A DNA stretch of 53,815 bases from the IMG/VR virus record IMGVR_UViG_3300045988_111174, positions 1-53,815 of that record. One strand, written 5' to 3'. Below, piece by piece: positions 28,598 to 38,158 of the stretch (the stretch's first letter is position 1; every line of letters starts with the position of its first letter). A program made the position numbers and the translations under genes. The notes beneath the pieces are model-generated. The model worked only from the letters and a program-made list of their open reading frames with translations. It was not told where the DNA came from and did no database searches. Source of the DNA: a virus.

Positions 28598-28846
28598 CTA
28601 CATACATTTGTCCACCGCCTGCATAACCAGCTCGATGCGCGGGACGATCTGCCCGCGCAGGCGCTTGGAAACGGCGCTCCTGTCCATGCCCACCGCCGCG
28701 GCGATGTCCGCATAGTCCATGCCCCAGACGAGGCGAGAGGCGGCGATATGCACATCTGACGGCGCGAGCCGCGCCTCGATGATGAGGCGCGACATCACCG
28801 ACGAGGTCACGCCGTCAAACTGCGGGTACTCGTCGTATCTCATCAT
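28598..28846 (-). CDS. Small sigma-70 region-4/LuxR-like HTH protein
   Basis: WGMDYADIAAAVGMDRSAVSKRLRGQIVPRIE. Confidence 0.5.
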   Translation of the reverse strand: MMRYDEYPQFDGVTSSVMSRLIIEARLAPSDVHIAASRLVWGMDYADIAAAVGMDRSAVSKRLRGQIVPRIELVMQAVDKCM

Positions 28847-28864
28847 ATGCGCGGCCTCCCGGGG

Positions 28865-29224
28865 TTATTCCTCGGGAGGCTTTTCGTCCTCGGCTTCGGT
28901 TTCCTCCTCCCGTGCCTTCGTTTTGCTGGGAGAGTAAGTGTGCAGGGCATCCACGTTTTCTTTAATAATTGCCTCAATTTCGCTTCGATCCACGCTGTAG
29001 CCGCGCTGACTGAGCTGGTAGATTACCCAGTCCAGTTTCTCGGAGCCGTTTTTGGCTCCGTAGAGCTGTTCGGCGGCAAAGACCATCGTCTTGATGGTCG
29101 CTTTGATCAGCGCCTGCTGCTCGTTGGTCGTCCGCGCCTTGATCCACGGGATCAGCTTGTAGGTAATCAGCGCCGCAAGCAGCGCGATGATCGCCTGGAT
29201 GATGGGGGTCAGATTGATGTTCAT
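28865..29224 (-). CDS. Holin (LL-H-like, N-terminal TM)
   Basis: MNINLTPIIQAIIALLAALITYKLIPWIKARTT....KLDWVIYQLSQRGYSVDRSEIEAIIKENV. The tail is charged. The gene lies downstream of the endolysin and XhlA genes. Confidence 0.65.
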   Translation of the reverse strand: MNINLTPIIQAIIALLAALITYKLIPWIKARTTNEQQALIKATIKTMVFAAEQLYGAKNGSEKLDWVIYQLSQRGYSVDRSEIEAIIKENVDALHTYSPSKTKAREEETEAEDEKPPEE

Positions 29225-29242
29225 GTTTTTTCTCCTTCCTCG

Positions 29243-29590
29243 TTATACCCCTTTGATGATGTAGCCCACCGCCACGCCAACGGCGGCCAGCACGACGTAT
29301 TTGACGATTTCAAAGGCCAGCTTCTTCCACTTGTCGCCCGGCTCCCGCTCGATCACGTCGATGCGCTTGCCCAGCTTGTCCACCTTGCCGTCGATGCTGT
29401 TGATCGTGGACAGGATATTCTGCTGGGCGTTTGAGATGTTCTGGATGTCCAGCAGCATCCGCGTCTGCTGGTGCTGTGCGTCCTCCAGCGCATTGAGGCG
29501 GCGCTGGTAGCTCTTATGATCCGCCTCGTTCCGGGCCTTCAGCGCCGCGAGTTCCTCTCCAATTGCATTCAGATGGTTTTCGTCGTTCAT
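29243..29590 (-). CDS. xhlA: XhlA-like hemolysin/lysis-accessory protein
   Basis: The N-terminal half is a coiled coil. The C-terminus, REPGDKWKKLAFEIVKYVVLAAVGVAVGYII, is a TM helix, as in XhlA. Confidence 0.6.
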   Translation of the reverse strand: MNDENHLNAIGEELAALKARNEADHKSYQRRLNALEDAQHQQTRMLLDIQNISNAQQNILSTINSIDGKVDKLGKRIDVIEREPGDKWKKLAFEIVKYVVLAAVGVAVGYIIKGV

Positions 29591-29611
29591 GAGCCTCGCC
29601 CTCCGATCTTA

Positions 29612-30604
29612 TTATTTCAGCTTCCCGTATTTGCCGGACACCCAGGCGTTTTGATTTTCATAGGTCACCAGCAGCCAGCCGTTGTCGGCCTTCTCGCCGC
29701 CATAGGGGAGTACGTCGCCCCGATGGGCAACGCCGAGGATTTTGCCGTCGGTGTTGGGCGCGGCGCGCACGTAGCAATTGCCGCCCTCGATGGCCACATA
29801 GCGCTGCTCCGCCTCCGGCTCGTCCGCTTCCAGCGCCTCCAGCATGGCCGCATGGCTCTTGGGACCGTACTGGCCGTCCACGCCCAGTTTGTGATCGCGC
29901 TGGAAACGCTTCACCGCCAGCTCTGTAGCGTCGCCGAACTCGCCGTCCGCGCCCCACTTGCCCAGATCGTAGTCCAGCTGGATGAGGTACTGCTGGAGCT
30001 GCTTCACATCCGCGCCTTCTGCGCCGTGCTTCAGCAGCCGATCGCCCAGCGCGTACTCCCTGACCTCGACCGCGCCCTCATACTTTACACCGTCGTCCAG
30101 CACCACCACCGTGTGGCCGTGGGTCTTGGTCACGAGGATGTCGCCCTTGCCCAGATACGCGCTCTGGTCGGTGTACTTCGCACCCTTCAGCTCCACAAAC
30201 GCGCCCGTCTTGAGCAGATTTGCCGGCATGTTCCCCGTTCGGAAGTCGCTCGGCAGGCCCATGATGCCCGCGTAGGCGCAGCACACCCGCACCAGCGCCG
30301 AGCAGTCCGTCTCGCAGTCGGTCTTGACCTTGGCGCAGTCAAAGCCCAGCGGCTCGGCCGCCTTGTACAGCGTGTTGCGCTGCCACTGGTCGTAGCCGAT
30401 GTGGCTGTTCCTGCAGGCCGCTTCCATGTCCGCGGCGATCTTCAGCGCCGCGTCCCGGCTTTTCGCCCGGAACACCCGCCAGCCCTTTTTGTGCAGATAC
30501 CACCTCTGCGTGCTCAGCTCGCGCCCGGTCTGGTCGCCCGCCTTGCCGTTATACGCTTTGCCCCTCTCGTCGATTCTCGCGCTTCCTACTCTTACCGTTG
30601 CCAT
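29612..30604 (-). CDS. Endolysin: papain-fold (NlpC/P60 / Amidase_5-like) hydrolase plus PG_binding_1 plus SH3-like domain
   Basis: The Cys/His pair is in CETDCSALV and GDILVTKTHGHTVVV. The PG-binding repeat is VKQLQQYLIQLDYDLGKWGADGEFGDATELAVKRFQRDHKLGVDGQYGPKS. The C-terminus is CYVRAAPNTDGKILGVAHRGDVLPY..NGWLLV. Confidence 0.85.
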   Translation of the reverse strand: MATVRVGSARIDERGKAYNGKAGDQTGRELSTQRWYLHKKGWRVFRAKSRDAALKIAADMEAACRNSHIGYDQWQRNTLYKAAEPLGFDCAKVKTDCETDCSALVRVCCAYAGIMGLPSDFRTGNMPANLLKTGAFVELKGAKYTDQSAYLGKGDILVTKTHGHTVVVLDDGVKYEGAVEVREYALGDRLLKHGAEGADVKQLQQYLIQLDYDLGKWGADGEFGDATELAVKRFQRDHKLGVDGQYGPKSHAAMLEALEADEPEAEQRYVAIEGGNCYVRAAPNTDGKILGVAHRGDVLPYGGEKADNGWLLVTYENQNAWVSGKYGKLK

Positions 30605-30621
30605 TCTTCATCCATCCTTTC

Positions 30622-30933
30622 TCATTTCGGCGTTCCCGCCGCAATCCAGCTTACCCGCGGCACGCGATCCGTCGTATCTCCGTTGTAGATGCGCACCGTA
30701 AATCCCGTGGCAGTCACCGTGCCCGTCACCGCCACTGCGCATCTGCCGAATGATCCCGCAGTCGATTCCGTTTCAAAGCCCACCACTACGATGGGCGCAG
30801 CGTAAAACGCCTTGGGGAACGTCACGCTTACGTCTTTATAGCCGCCATGCGATACGGTCGTCCCCGCTATACGCCCGCTCTGCACTCCCACGTCCGCCGG
30901 GAAATGGTTGTGCCCCGTGTTCCAGTTCGCCAT
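30622..30933 (-). CDS. H-type-lectin-like domain protein (tail-associated)
   Basis: VSVTFPKAFYAAPIVVVGFETE....VTATGFTVRIYNGD resembles the H_lectin pattern. Confidence 0.4.
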   Translation of the reverse strand: MANWNTGHNHFPADVGVQSGRIAGTTVSHGGYKDVSVTFPKAFYAAPIVVVGFETESTAGSFGRCAVAVTGTVTATGFTVRIYNGDTTDRVPRVSWIAAGTPK

Positions 30934-31094
30934 TACTCCACCCCCAGCGCGGTGCGGATGGCCTCAAGGTCGTCCGTGATCAGAACGGGATAGTCCGCCG
31001 CGATGTCCTCAAAGGATTCGCCGTTGCCGATGCGAATGCGGAACGCTCGCGCCATGATCCGCAGCTTCAGATTGTCCAGTGTCTTCATGCTCAT
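30933..31094 (-). CDS. Small hypothetical protein (53 aa)
   Basis: ATG at 31094 with GGAGGAGG upstream. The stop overlaps the next start (TAATG). The ORF is below the ORF-track cutoff. Confidence 0.5.
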   Translation of the reverse strand: MSMKTLDNLKLRIMARAFRIRIGNGESFEDIAADYPVLITDDLEAIRTALGVE

Positions 31095-31285
31095 TCACCT
31101 CCTCCGATTAGGTCTGCCATCATAAGGATAATATCGTCTGTTGTGCCCTCCAGCACGTCAAGGCGCTGCTCCGGCGTGGGGGGCGGGGTAGGAGTATTCG
31201 CCTGCATGGCTTCCAGCTCGGCGATTTCCTCCGGTGTCATGTCGCGATAGATCGTTTTGCCGTCTTTGTATTCTACTGCTTTCAT
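31091..31285 (-). CDS. Small hypothetical protein
   Basis: Start at ATG 31285 (MKAVEYKDGKTIY..). ATGA overlaps the downstream gene. Confidence 0.55.
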   Translation of the reverse strand: MKAVEYKDGKTIYRDMTPEEIAELEAMQANTPTPPPTPEQRLDVLEGTTDDIILMMADLIGGGE

Positions 31286-31305
31286 CGTTTCCCCACCTCT
31301 CTCAC

Positions 31306-32574
31306 TCACACTGCATAGACTTCAATCGTCGTGTTTTTTGGAAATTTCATTTGGTATGTCGTGAATTTCAAATACCTAAATCCAGTCGTTTCATCCATTG
31401 CATACTCCATGGGCATCGAATACTGCAATGGGGCAGTGGCCTCATTGCCAATGTAGGTAGCGGGAGCAAATATCGATATTGGCTTTAGCGCGGATGCGAT
31501 ACGTATATAATCTAGGTATTTTCTGTTGTTAATGGCACATCCAGACATATTGTAGTACGTGGTATTTGTGTTTGATACCGCTACGTAAGTATAGCCCGTC
31601 GAGATCGTTTCCGGAAATGTATAGTAGAAGCGACAGGTTTTACACTGCTTTCCCAGATCAACAATGAGGACGTTGGTTTCTTCTTCCGTTACAAGCGTCG
31701 TGATATGATTCATCTCCGCAAACCCGGCGATCCCCATCCTCTCCCGTGCCGCCTTCTGCTCAGCACTCGTCCACGCCGCGCCGGTCGTCATGCCGGTCTT
31801 GGTGATCGACTGCCTGTCCGCGTCGGTCAGAGCGTCTTGCTTTGCAGCCAGAGCAGACGGTGTTACCGGCGCATACCCCAGCGCCGTTTCAATATTTGCA
31901 GCCGTGACATTTGCATCGCTGCCCGGCTCGCCCTTCGGGCCTTGCTCACCCTGCGGCCCCTGCGCTCCGGTTTCTCCCTTTTCTCCGGGATCACCTTTAG
32001 GGCCTTGTGTTCCCGGATCACCTTTGTCACCCTTCGCACCGGCGGCTCCGTCCTTACCATCCGTACCGTCCTTGCCCGGCTTGCCCTCCGGGATGCCAAA
32101 GTGCATCGTCCCCGTCTTGCCGTCGTACTCCGCCGTAGCAGGCTCACCATATGCAACGCTCTCGGCCTCAGCCTTCATATTCTGCGCGTTCCCGATGGCA
32201 TTGGTGATCTTGTCCACCCAGTCCATGCCCGGCTCCGGCGCTTCCGTTTCCTGTCCCGTCAGGCTCTTGTCCACCATTGTAGAGAGTATCTTGGACTTGG
32301 CCAGCACTCCGTTCACGGTCACGCGCACCTCTGCCTCACCGCTCCCAGCAATAGCCGTGTCCGCGCTGGTAGGCTGCCAGACGAGACATCCGTCCCGCAG
32401 CTCCGCCGCCACGGGGTAGATGCCGCTCTCGCCATGTCTCCGGTGCAGCAGCGTCACCACCGCACCGGGGTACTCCACTAGATATTCAGATACATCAATT
32501 TCGACCGTCCGCGCGAGATTCTCTCCACATCTGCCGAGCAGTATGTATCCGCCCTTGGTCACATCATATTTCAC
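31306..32574 (-). CDS. Tail fibre / receptor-binding protein with collagen-like Gly-X-Y repeats
   Basis: The BppU-like N-terminus is followed by [55 protein letters not shown]. The C-terminal about 130 aa are encoded by conspicuously A/T-rich DNA. Confidence 0.8.
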   Translation of the reverse strand: MKYDVTKGGYILLGRCGENLARTVEIDVSEYLVEYPGAVVTLLHRRHGESGIYPVAAELRDGCLVWQPTSADTAIAGSGEAEVRVTVNGVLAKSKILSTMVDKSLTGQETEAPEPGMDWVDKITNAIGNAQNMKAEAESVAYGEPATAEYDGKTGTMHFGIPEGKPGKDGTDGKDGAAGAKGDKGDPGTQGPKGDPGEKGETGAQGPQGEQGPKGEPGSDANVTAANIETALGYAPVTPSALAAKQDALTDADRQSITKTGMTTGAAWTSAEQKAARERMGIAGFAEMNHITTLVTEEETNVLIVDLGKQCKTCRFYYTFPETISTGYTYVAVSNTNTTYYNMSGCAINNRKYLDYIRIASALKPISIFAPATYIGNEATAPLQYSMPMEYAMDETTGFRYLKFTTYQMKFPKNTTIEVYAV

Positions 32575-32588
32575 AGGTTTCTGCCTCC

Positions 32589-35500
32589 TTACTTCCTGTA
32601 GCTCACCTTCAGCACCGGCGCGCCCGATTCGCCATTACCCGCGAACCTTGAGTAGCTCGCCGTATAGCTCTTGCTGCCCACGGTCGTCGTGTCGGGATTG
32701 TAGAGCATCAGGCCGCCATATCCGTTGGTCTTCATGGCCTTGACCGCGCTCGTCACGTCGATGCTCACCGTCTGGTTTTCATACGCCGTCTTGCTGGCGT
32801 AGAGTGTGCCCGGCACATCGTAGCATCGCACATGCACGTTCACGCCTCCGCCCTGACCCACGCCGCCGATGCGCTTGATCGTCAGCGTTGCCGAGTCAAT
32901 CTTGTCCGCGCTCGTCAGATCACTGGGCAAGCTAAACAGCATCACGCCCTTGCGCAGCGACTGAGAACTGCTGTAGCGGCCCTGATAGAGCTTGCTGCCG
33001 TACCCGCTGGTGGACGTGCTCGTAGGAGACAGGCTCACTGTCACCGTCTGGGTCGTGGGAATGCTTGGCGAGCTGGCGGCGGTGAACGTCGGATCGGGCG
33101 TGGCGTTGTAGACCTCGCTACCCGTCGCGCACTGGATAATCCCGCTCGGCTTTGAACTGCCAATCATTCGCAAGACTGAACAATACCCCAATCGCGCCAG
33201 TGAATAGCAGTTTCCTGTGCACGAAATCATAATCACATTTCCGCCCAATACTCCACCGCTATTACTTTCGTAGCCCAATTGTAACCCAAGGTCTCCGCTT
33301 ATTTTTACAGCATGGAAATGGACGTATTGCGATCTGTAAATCCCGATACATAGGTTTGCGTTCTCCACTATACTCCCGTAAAAATACACGGATGCCTGAC
33401 AGTCAGTAATCGTAACTTCGCCGAAGGTTCCATTATCAATTTCGAGCCGTCCGCCTGCCGCCTGAATACCGCTCAATGCAACGGTTCCGCCGGTGACATT
33501 TGCGCAGTTAATCACAACTGCTCCGGTAAGCGTCTTTCCGCTCAGCTCCTCCAGAATCGCCGCCAGTTCGCCAGCATTCGCCGGGGAGTAGCTCGCCGCG
33601 CCATGAGTGCGCACCACAGATTCGGACACAATCACGTCCGCCTCGACCACCTCGGCATGCACGCCGTCCGCGTCCACGCGCAGCACATCATCCTCGCCAT
33701 CCTCCGACGGCACGGCCACCTCCATCCGCTTCGATACAATCCTCACTCGCTCGGTGTTGATGTCCACCTTGCTGTAGTCGCTGTTCACGCTCAGAGCGCC
33801 CGCCGGGTCTTCAGGTGCAGGAGACCAGTCCGTGGGCTTGTTGCCCTTTTCGAGCTTCAGGTTTTTGAAGATGTGGACGGAGTTGACCGTTGTTGGCAGT
33901 CTCGTAATATAGATTTCGGTTGAGTTAAGCACGAAATCCGGAATGTTTTCAACCGTCGTGAATGTACCAGAGATATGTGTCCATTCATTCGCCGGAATCT
34001 CTTTCCAGTAACCGCCATCGTTCGTTGCAGCGTTCGAGCCGTCGCCTCTTCGGATGGAAAACATAACTCCGTTCGCGGTCGCGACCGACGGCTTGTAATC
34101 GAAGCTCAGCGTGTACTCCGTGTTCGGCTCCAGCAGAGCGTATGTGTCTTCGCTGACCGCGTAGGTTATAACGCTCCAGCCCGTCTGTTCCACCGCATCC
34201 CTCGTCATCTTAACTGCCCGCACGCCGCCATCCAGATACTCTTCGATGGTTTTCCCGCCTGTCTGCATAGACCAGTTCCAGTTGGCCGCACCCTGATTTG
34301 TGCCCCGCAGCAGGTTCCTACCGCCCACAGAGATGCCGTCCACCTTCGTCTCCAGCACGCTCAGCGTAATGCTGTCGGCCTTCTGATCGATCTTCGATTC
34401 CGCCGTCGTCATCCGGGTCTTCAGCCCTGTAATGTCGGTCGCGTTGCCGTCGGCTTTGGTCTTAGCTGTGTCAGCCGTAGACTTTGCTGTGTTCGCCGTC
34501 GATTGAGCCGTCTCCGCCGTGCTGCTCAGCGTCTTATAGCTCGTCGAGCTGGTGACGGTGGATACAATTGCGTCCGGCTCGATCTTCAGCTCCGCCGCGC
34601 TCATTCGTTCCTCAATATCTTCGGGCGCGGGCGACCAGTCGGTGGGTTTGTTGCCTTTTTCCAGCTTCAGCCCGGCGATCCATAGCGTTGCTCCAGCAAC
34701 GTTTTGTTCAAATCTTGGGAAATACGTCTCGGCTGTCGAAACGGTAAACGTGACATGACATCTGCTCCAATCCGTCCTCACATCGACTACACTGCCGCTT
34801 CCTTTATCGCTTGAGGCAGCACCGTTTGCCTTACTGTCGTAGTATTTCACCGTACCGCCATCGGTCTGTTTCATCCACGCAGACAACGTATATTGCGTGT
34901 TCGCCTCAAGAGTAATCATGTGCCCGAGTCCGTTCCATTGACCGGTATATTTGTAGACCAGACAGCCGTTATAGCTGCCGTCCTCCGTCCACATACTCTT
35001 GAACATCCATGTATCACCGTCGAAATTACGCGTGCCGGTGTAGAGATTCCTTCCGCCTACAGAGATTCCGTCCACCTTGTCCGTCACATACAGCTGCAAA
35101 TACTTGTTCCCGCGAATATCCATCGCGTTGAGCGAATTTATAGTCGCTTCCCGGGCAAACAGCGTGTCCACGTCGATGTTGGCCGCGATGAGCTGCTTGA
35201 TGGTCGCGTTGTTGGCAAAGATGTCGTTGGCATTGAGACATGCCGCCGTGACAGTGCCCTCGATGATCTTCTCCCCGGCGTTGATGGAAAGGTCTTTCAC
35301 GTCGCTGTTCACGACCTGCTTTTTCTCGGTGACGATGTTCCCATCCGCGTCCACGGACACGGAGTAAAACGAGCCGTCCTGCCCCTTGACCAGCAGCTCG
35401 CCCACGCTCAGGCTGACCATATTCGCCTCAGTGACGGCCAGCCGCGCGATATGCAGCTTGTCGCCCACACCCGCGGTAAAGATGGCAGTGCCCGCCACCA

Positions 35501-37442
35501 AGTCCTTGATATGCGCCCAGTCGATGTCCGCCACGGCGATCTTCGCCGCCGCAATGCGCGCGACTTCCGCCTCCAGATCGGTGATCTGCGCCGACTTGAT
35601 CTCCGCTTCGCCGATCTTGGCCGTCGCGATGTCCGCGATGGCCGCAGACAGGGACGTGATCTGCGCCCAGTTGATATTGGCCGCATTGATGTTCGCGGTG
35701 GTGATCTGCGCCTTGGAGATATTCGCGATCTGCGCCGTCAGCTCGGCGATCTGCGCCCAGTCAATGTTGGCCTCCTTGATGTTCGCCGTGGTGATCTGCG
35801 CCACGGCCAGTCTGGCGAGGTCGGCATACAGCTGATCCGTCGTCACGCTGCCCGCCACGATCTTGTGGATGTCCGCCCGGATGGCCACAATGCTGTCCGC
35901 CGCCAGCTGCTCAATGGCCGCCTGGGCGATCTTGGCGTAGCCGATGGTGGCATTTCGCATGACGCTGTTGGCGTTGACGCTGCCCGGCAGGAGCTTCACG
36001 CCGGATACGCTGCCGTCGGCGATCTCGTAGCCATAGGTGGTCTGATCAAGCTCCGAGATGTCGCCCACATACACGTCCTGATAGCGCTTCAACAGGCAGT
36101 CGTAGACATAGCCGTTGACGCGGAGCTTGGCGTTGATGCCCACGTAGGAGGCGACGACGCGCACGCTGTCGTACAAAAACACCGTAAGCAGCGGCGCGTA
36201 GTCCGCGTATTCCGCCGAGTTTTCCAGCGCCGCGAGCTGCACGTCGAGGCTCACCGCAGCCGCATCCATGCCGTCCGCAAAATCCTGCTGGGCGAGGCGC
36301 TTAAGCTCGGCCCGGGCCGCCGCGTTGTTCTTGAACTGCGCGTCCTTGGCCGTGGAGACGCTCACGTCGTATTCGATCTCCGCGTCCCGGCTGGTGGGGT
36401 AGAGGGCCTTGTTGGCGCTCTCCACCCAGCCATTATTCTCCGTGATGAGCAGGCGGTTGCCGTCCTTGTCCTTGCCCACGGGCCGGATGCGCGTCACCAC
36501 GCCGGACACGTCCACCGTCAGCACCGCGCCCAGAAGGTTTTTGCGATGCCGAATCTCCATGCCGCGATCCATGACCTCGTCCGGCAGGATATACACGTCG
36601 TAGTTGTCGCGGATGATCCGCGCGCCGGTCTGGGGCACGATGCCGATGTCCGGGTCGAGCAGCGCCTTGACGATGGATGCGCCGGTGTAGTCGCCCGAAA
36701 TCGCCTTGGTAACCTTGCAGTGGAAGGTAAAGCCATGCTCGGCGCTGGCGCTGGCCAGAATGGTGCTCAGAACCGTGTCGGCGGCGACGTTTTCCGGCTG
36801 ATAGTCTCTGGTACAGATCACGCCGGACAGGTCGTAGAATATGTGGGAGGCCTTGACCTCCACCATGCCCGTCTCCGCGTCGCGCCCCACGGAATAGATG
36901 CGGAAGAGCTGATCCCGCGTCTGTTTGCTCTCGATGACGGTGCTGGGCTGATCGTTGTCGCCCTTGACGGTCTCCGTCTCGTTGCGGTCGAATTTGAGAT
37001 ACTGGCTGTACATCCAGCCCGTCGCGCCGCCGCTCTTGATGACGACGCGCGACCAGTCGCCGGACTTGGAGAGCTGCACGACCTCCGTTCCGACCTTGTA
37101 GGCGCGGATGATCTTGGCCGAGGTGCTGGGCTTCGCCCGCAGTCTCAGGCGCGCGCCGGTGTTGGTTCGCACCTTGTAGATGGCGCGGGTGACGGTCTGC
37201 GTGGCGCCGCTGGGCACGTTGTCGAGAATGCGCACAATGGGCGCTTCCCGCACGGCGCATGGGGCCTTGATGATGCATCCGTTCTGCAGGTACGTCCATT
37301 TCAGATCGTCGTCCACGGGATGCTTCATCTCCAGCTCCATCAAGCCGCCGGCCTTTTCCTCCACGGTGCATTCCGTGGGTTGGAGCACGGCCAAACCGAG
37401 CGTGGAAAAGTCCTCGGTGTCTGCCGGGTAGATGTTGATCAT
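32589..37442 (-). CDS. Large multidomain tail protein (1617 aa): tail-endopeptidase-type N-terminus with SH3-like insert, repeat stalk, two CBM-like modules, beta-helix-like C-terminal region
   Basis: Start at ATG 37442, ATGA-coupled to the Dit stop. The N-terminus is [22 protein letters not shown]. The SH3-like segment is [50 protein letters not shown]-type repeats are present. [12 protein letters not shown]...[18 protein letters not shown] occurs twice. Confidence 0.85.
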   Translation of the reverse strand: MINIYPADTEDFSTLGLAVLQPTECTVEEKAGGLMELEMKHPVDDDLKWTYLQNGCIIKAPCAVREAPIVRILDNVPSGATQTVTRAIYKVRTNTGARLRLRAKPSTSAKIIRAYKVGTEVVQLSKSGDWSRVVIKSGGATGWMYSQYLKFDRNETETVKGDNDQPSTVIESKQTRDQLFRIYSVGRDAETGMVEVKASHIFYDLSGVICTRDYQPENVAADTVLSTILASASAEHGFTFHCKVTKAISGDYTGASIVKALLDPDIGIVPQTGARIIRDNYDVYILPDEVMDRGMEIRHRKNLLGAVLTVDVSGVVTRIRPVGKDKDGNRLLITENNGWVESANKALYPTSRDAEIEYDVSVSTAKDAQFKNNAAARAELKRLAQQDFADGMDAAAVSLDVQLAALENSAEYADYAPLLTVFLYDSVRVVASYVGINAKLRVNGYVYDCLLKRYQDVYVGDISELDQTTYGYEIADGSVSGVKLLPGSVNANSVMRNATIGYAKIAQAAIEQLAADSIVAIRADIHKIVAGSVTTDQLYADLARLAVAQITTANIKEANIDWAQIAELTAQIANISKAQITTANINAANINWAQITSLSAAIADIATAKIGEAEIKSAQITDLEAEVARIAAAKIAVADIDWAHIKDLVAGTAIFTAGVGDKLHIARLAVTEANMVSLSVGELLVKGQDGSFYSVSVDADGNIVTEKKQVVNSDVKDLSINAGEKIIEGTVTAACLNANDIFANNATIKQLIAANIDVDTLFAREATINSLNAMDIRGNKYLQLYVTDKVDGISVGGRNLYTGTRNFDGDTWMFKSMWTEDGSYNGCLVYKYTGQWNGLGHMITLEANTQYTLSAWMKQTDGGTVKYYDSKANGAASSDKGSGSVVDVRTDWSRCHVTFTVSTAETYFPRFEQNVAGATLWIAGLKLEKGNKPTDWSPAPEDIEERMSAAELKIEPDAIVSTVTSSTSYKTLSSTAETAQSTANTAKSTADTAKTKADGNATDITGLKTRMTTAESKIDQKADSITLSVLETKVDGISVGGRNLLRGTNQGAANWNWSMQTGGKTIEEYLDGGVRAVKMTRDAVEQTGWSVITYAVSEDTYALLEPNTEYTLSFDYKPSVATANGVMFSIRRGDGSNAATNDGGYWKEIPANEWTHISGTFTTVENIPDFVLNSTEIYITRLPTTVNSVHIFKNLKLEKGNKPTDWSPAPEDPAGALSVNSDYSKVDINTERVRIVSKRMEVAVPSEDGEDDVLRVDADGVHAEVVEADVIVSESVVRTHGAASYSPANAGELAAILEELSGKTLTGAVVINCANVTGGTVALSGIQAAGGRLEIDNGTFGEVTITDCQASVYFYGSIVENANLCIGIYRSQYVHFHAVKISGDLGLQLGYESNSGGVLGGNVIMISCTGNCYSLARLGYCSVLRMIGSSKPSGIIQCATGSEVYNATPDPTFTAASSPSIPTTQTVTVSLSPTSTSTSGYGSKLYQGRYSSSQSLRKGVMLFSLPSDLTSADKIDSATLTIKRIGGVGQGGGVNVHVRCYDVPGTLYASKTAYENQTVSIDVTSAVKAMKTNGYGGLMLYNPDTTTVGSKSYTASYSRFAGNGESGAPVLKVSYRK
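33815..35082 (-). repeat. Tandem duplication of a roughly 160-aa CBM-like module inside the tail protein gene
   Basis: Copy A is about 34625..35082 and copy B about 33815..34348. Both open with [12 protein letters not shown] and close with [18 protein letters not shown]. The nucleotide strings gaccagtc(g/c)gtggg(t/c)ttgttgcc are shared. Confidence 0.8.
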
Positions 37443-38158
37443 AGATACCTCCATCGCGGCGTGATCTCAACCTTGGTCACGCTGCCCGTCCACGTGATGA
37501 TATTCGCCCCGGGCCGCAGCACCGGGAACTCGTCCATCACAAAGCTACTGTTGAGCGACGCGGTTTTGGCCAAATTAAACGTCTCCATCAGCTCGCAGTC
37601 GATGATGGCCCCATCCGTCAGGCTCCGCGCCTCGACGGAATAGCCGTTGACCACCAGCGTGATGTCGCCGCTGCCCGTCAGCTTGATTTCCGGCTGAGAA
37701 AACACGGTGCCGGGATTGGTGATCGTCCCGCCGGAGGTGGTGATCTCCTCTGCGGGTTTGGCCGGATAGACGTAGCGGAAGGGCTCGCAGTCGAACACAA
37801 CGGTAAACTCCTGCCCGCGGAGGCGGGAATTGCGGTTGCTGACGCTGAACTCCTTGGTCACGGAGGCGTTGTAGGCGCGCGTCGGATCGTCGCCGAAGCG
37901 CAGCAGGCCCCTGCCGGACAGCCAGCTGTTGACCGCGTCCATGTTGCCGTCCACGGCGATCACCCGGACAGAGACGAGAACGCGGTCATACGCGCCCTCG
38001 TCCATGAAGAGCTTGCCATTGCGCCCCGGAACGTCGATCAGATCGCCCTTGCGGGCCGGATGCGGTCGAGTGGGCATGGACAGCATCTCCACGCCGTATT
38101 CCGTGTTTTTGTGACCCGCGTACTCCAGCCACGCGTTTGCGCTTCCGACTGCTTTCAT
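37439..38158 (-). CDS. Distal tail protein (Dit, siphovirus tail component)
   Basis: Start at ATG 38158, ATGA-coupled to the TMP stop. The gene lies between the TMP and the large tail protein. A fragment reads YGVEMLSMPTRPHPARKGDLIDVPGRNG. Confidence 0.75.
   Translation of the reverse strand: MKAVGSANAWLEYAGHKNTEYGVEMLSMPTRPHPARKGDLIDVPGRNGKLFMDEGAYDRVLVSVRVIAVDGNMDAVNSWLSGRGLLRFGDDPTRAYNASVTKEFSVSNRNSRLRGQEFTVVFDCEPFRYVYPAKPAEEITTSGGTITNPGTVFSQPEIKLTGSGDITLVVNGYSVEARSLTDGAIIDCELMETFNLAKTASLNSSFVMDEFPVLRPGANIITWTGSVTKVEITPRWRYL

Noticed and set aside
34893-37643. A 916-aa plus-strand ORF opposite the large tail protein gene.
   Set aside because: This is the same high-GC antisense artefact. 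The minus-strand product has clear tail-protein domains and translational coupling to Dit.
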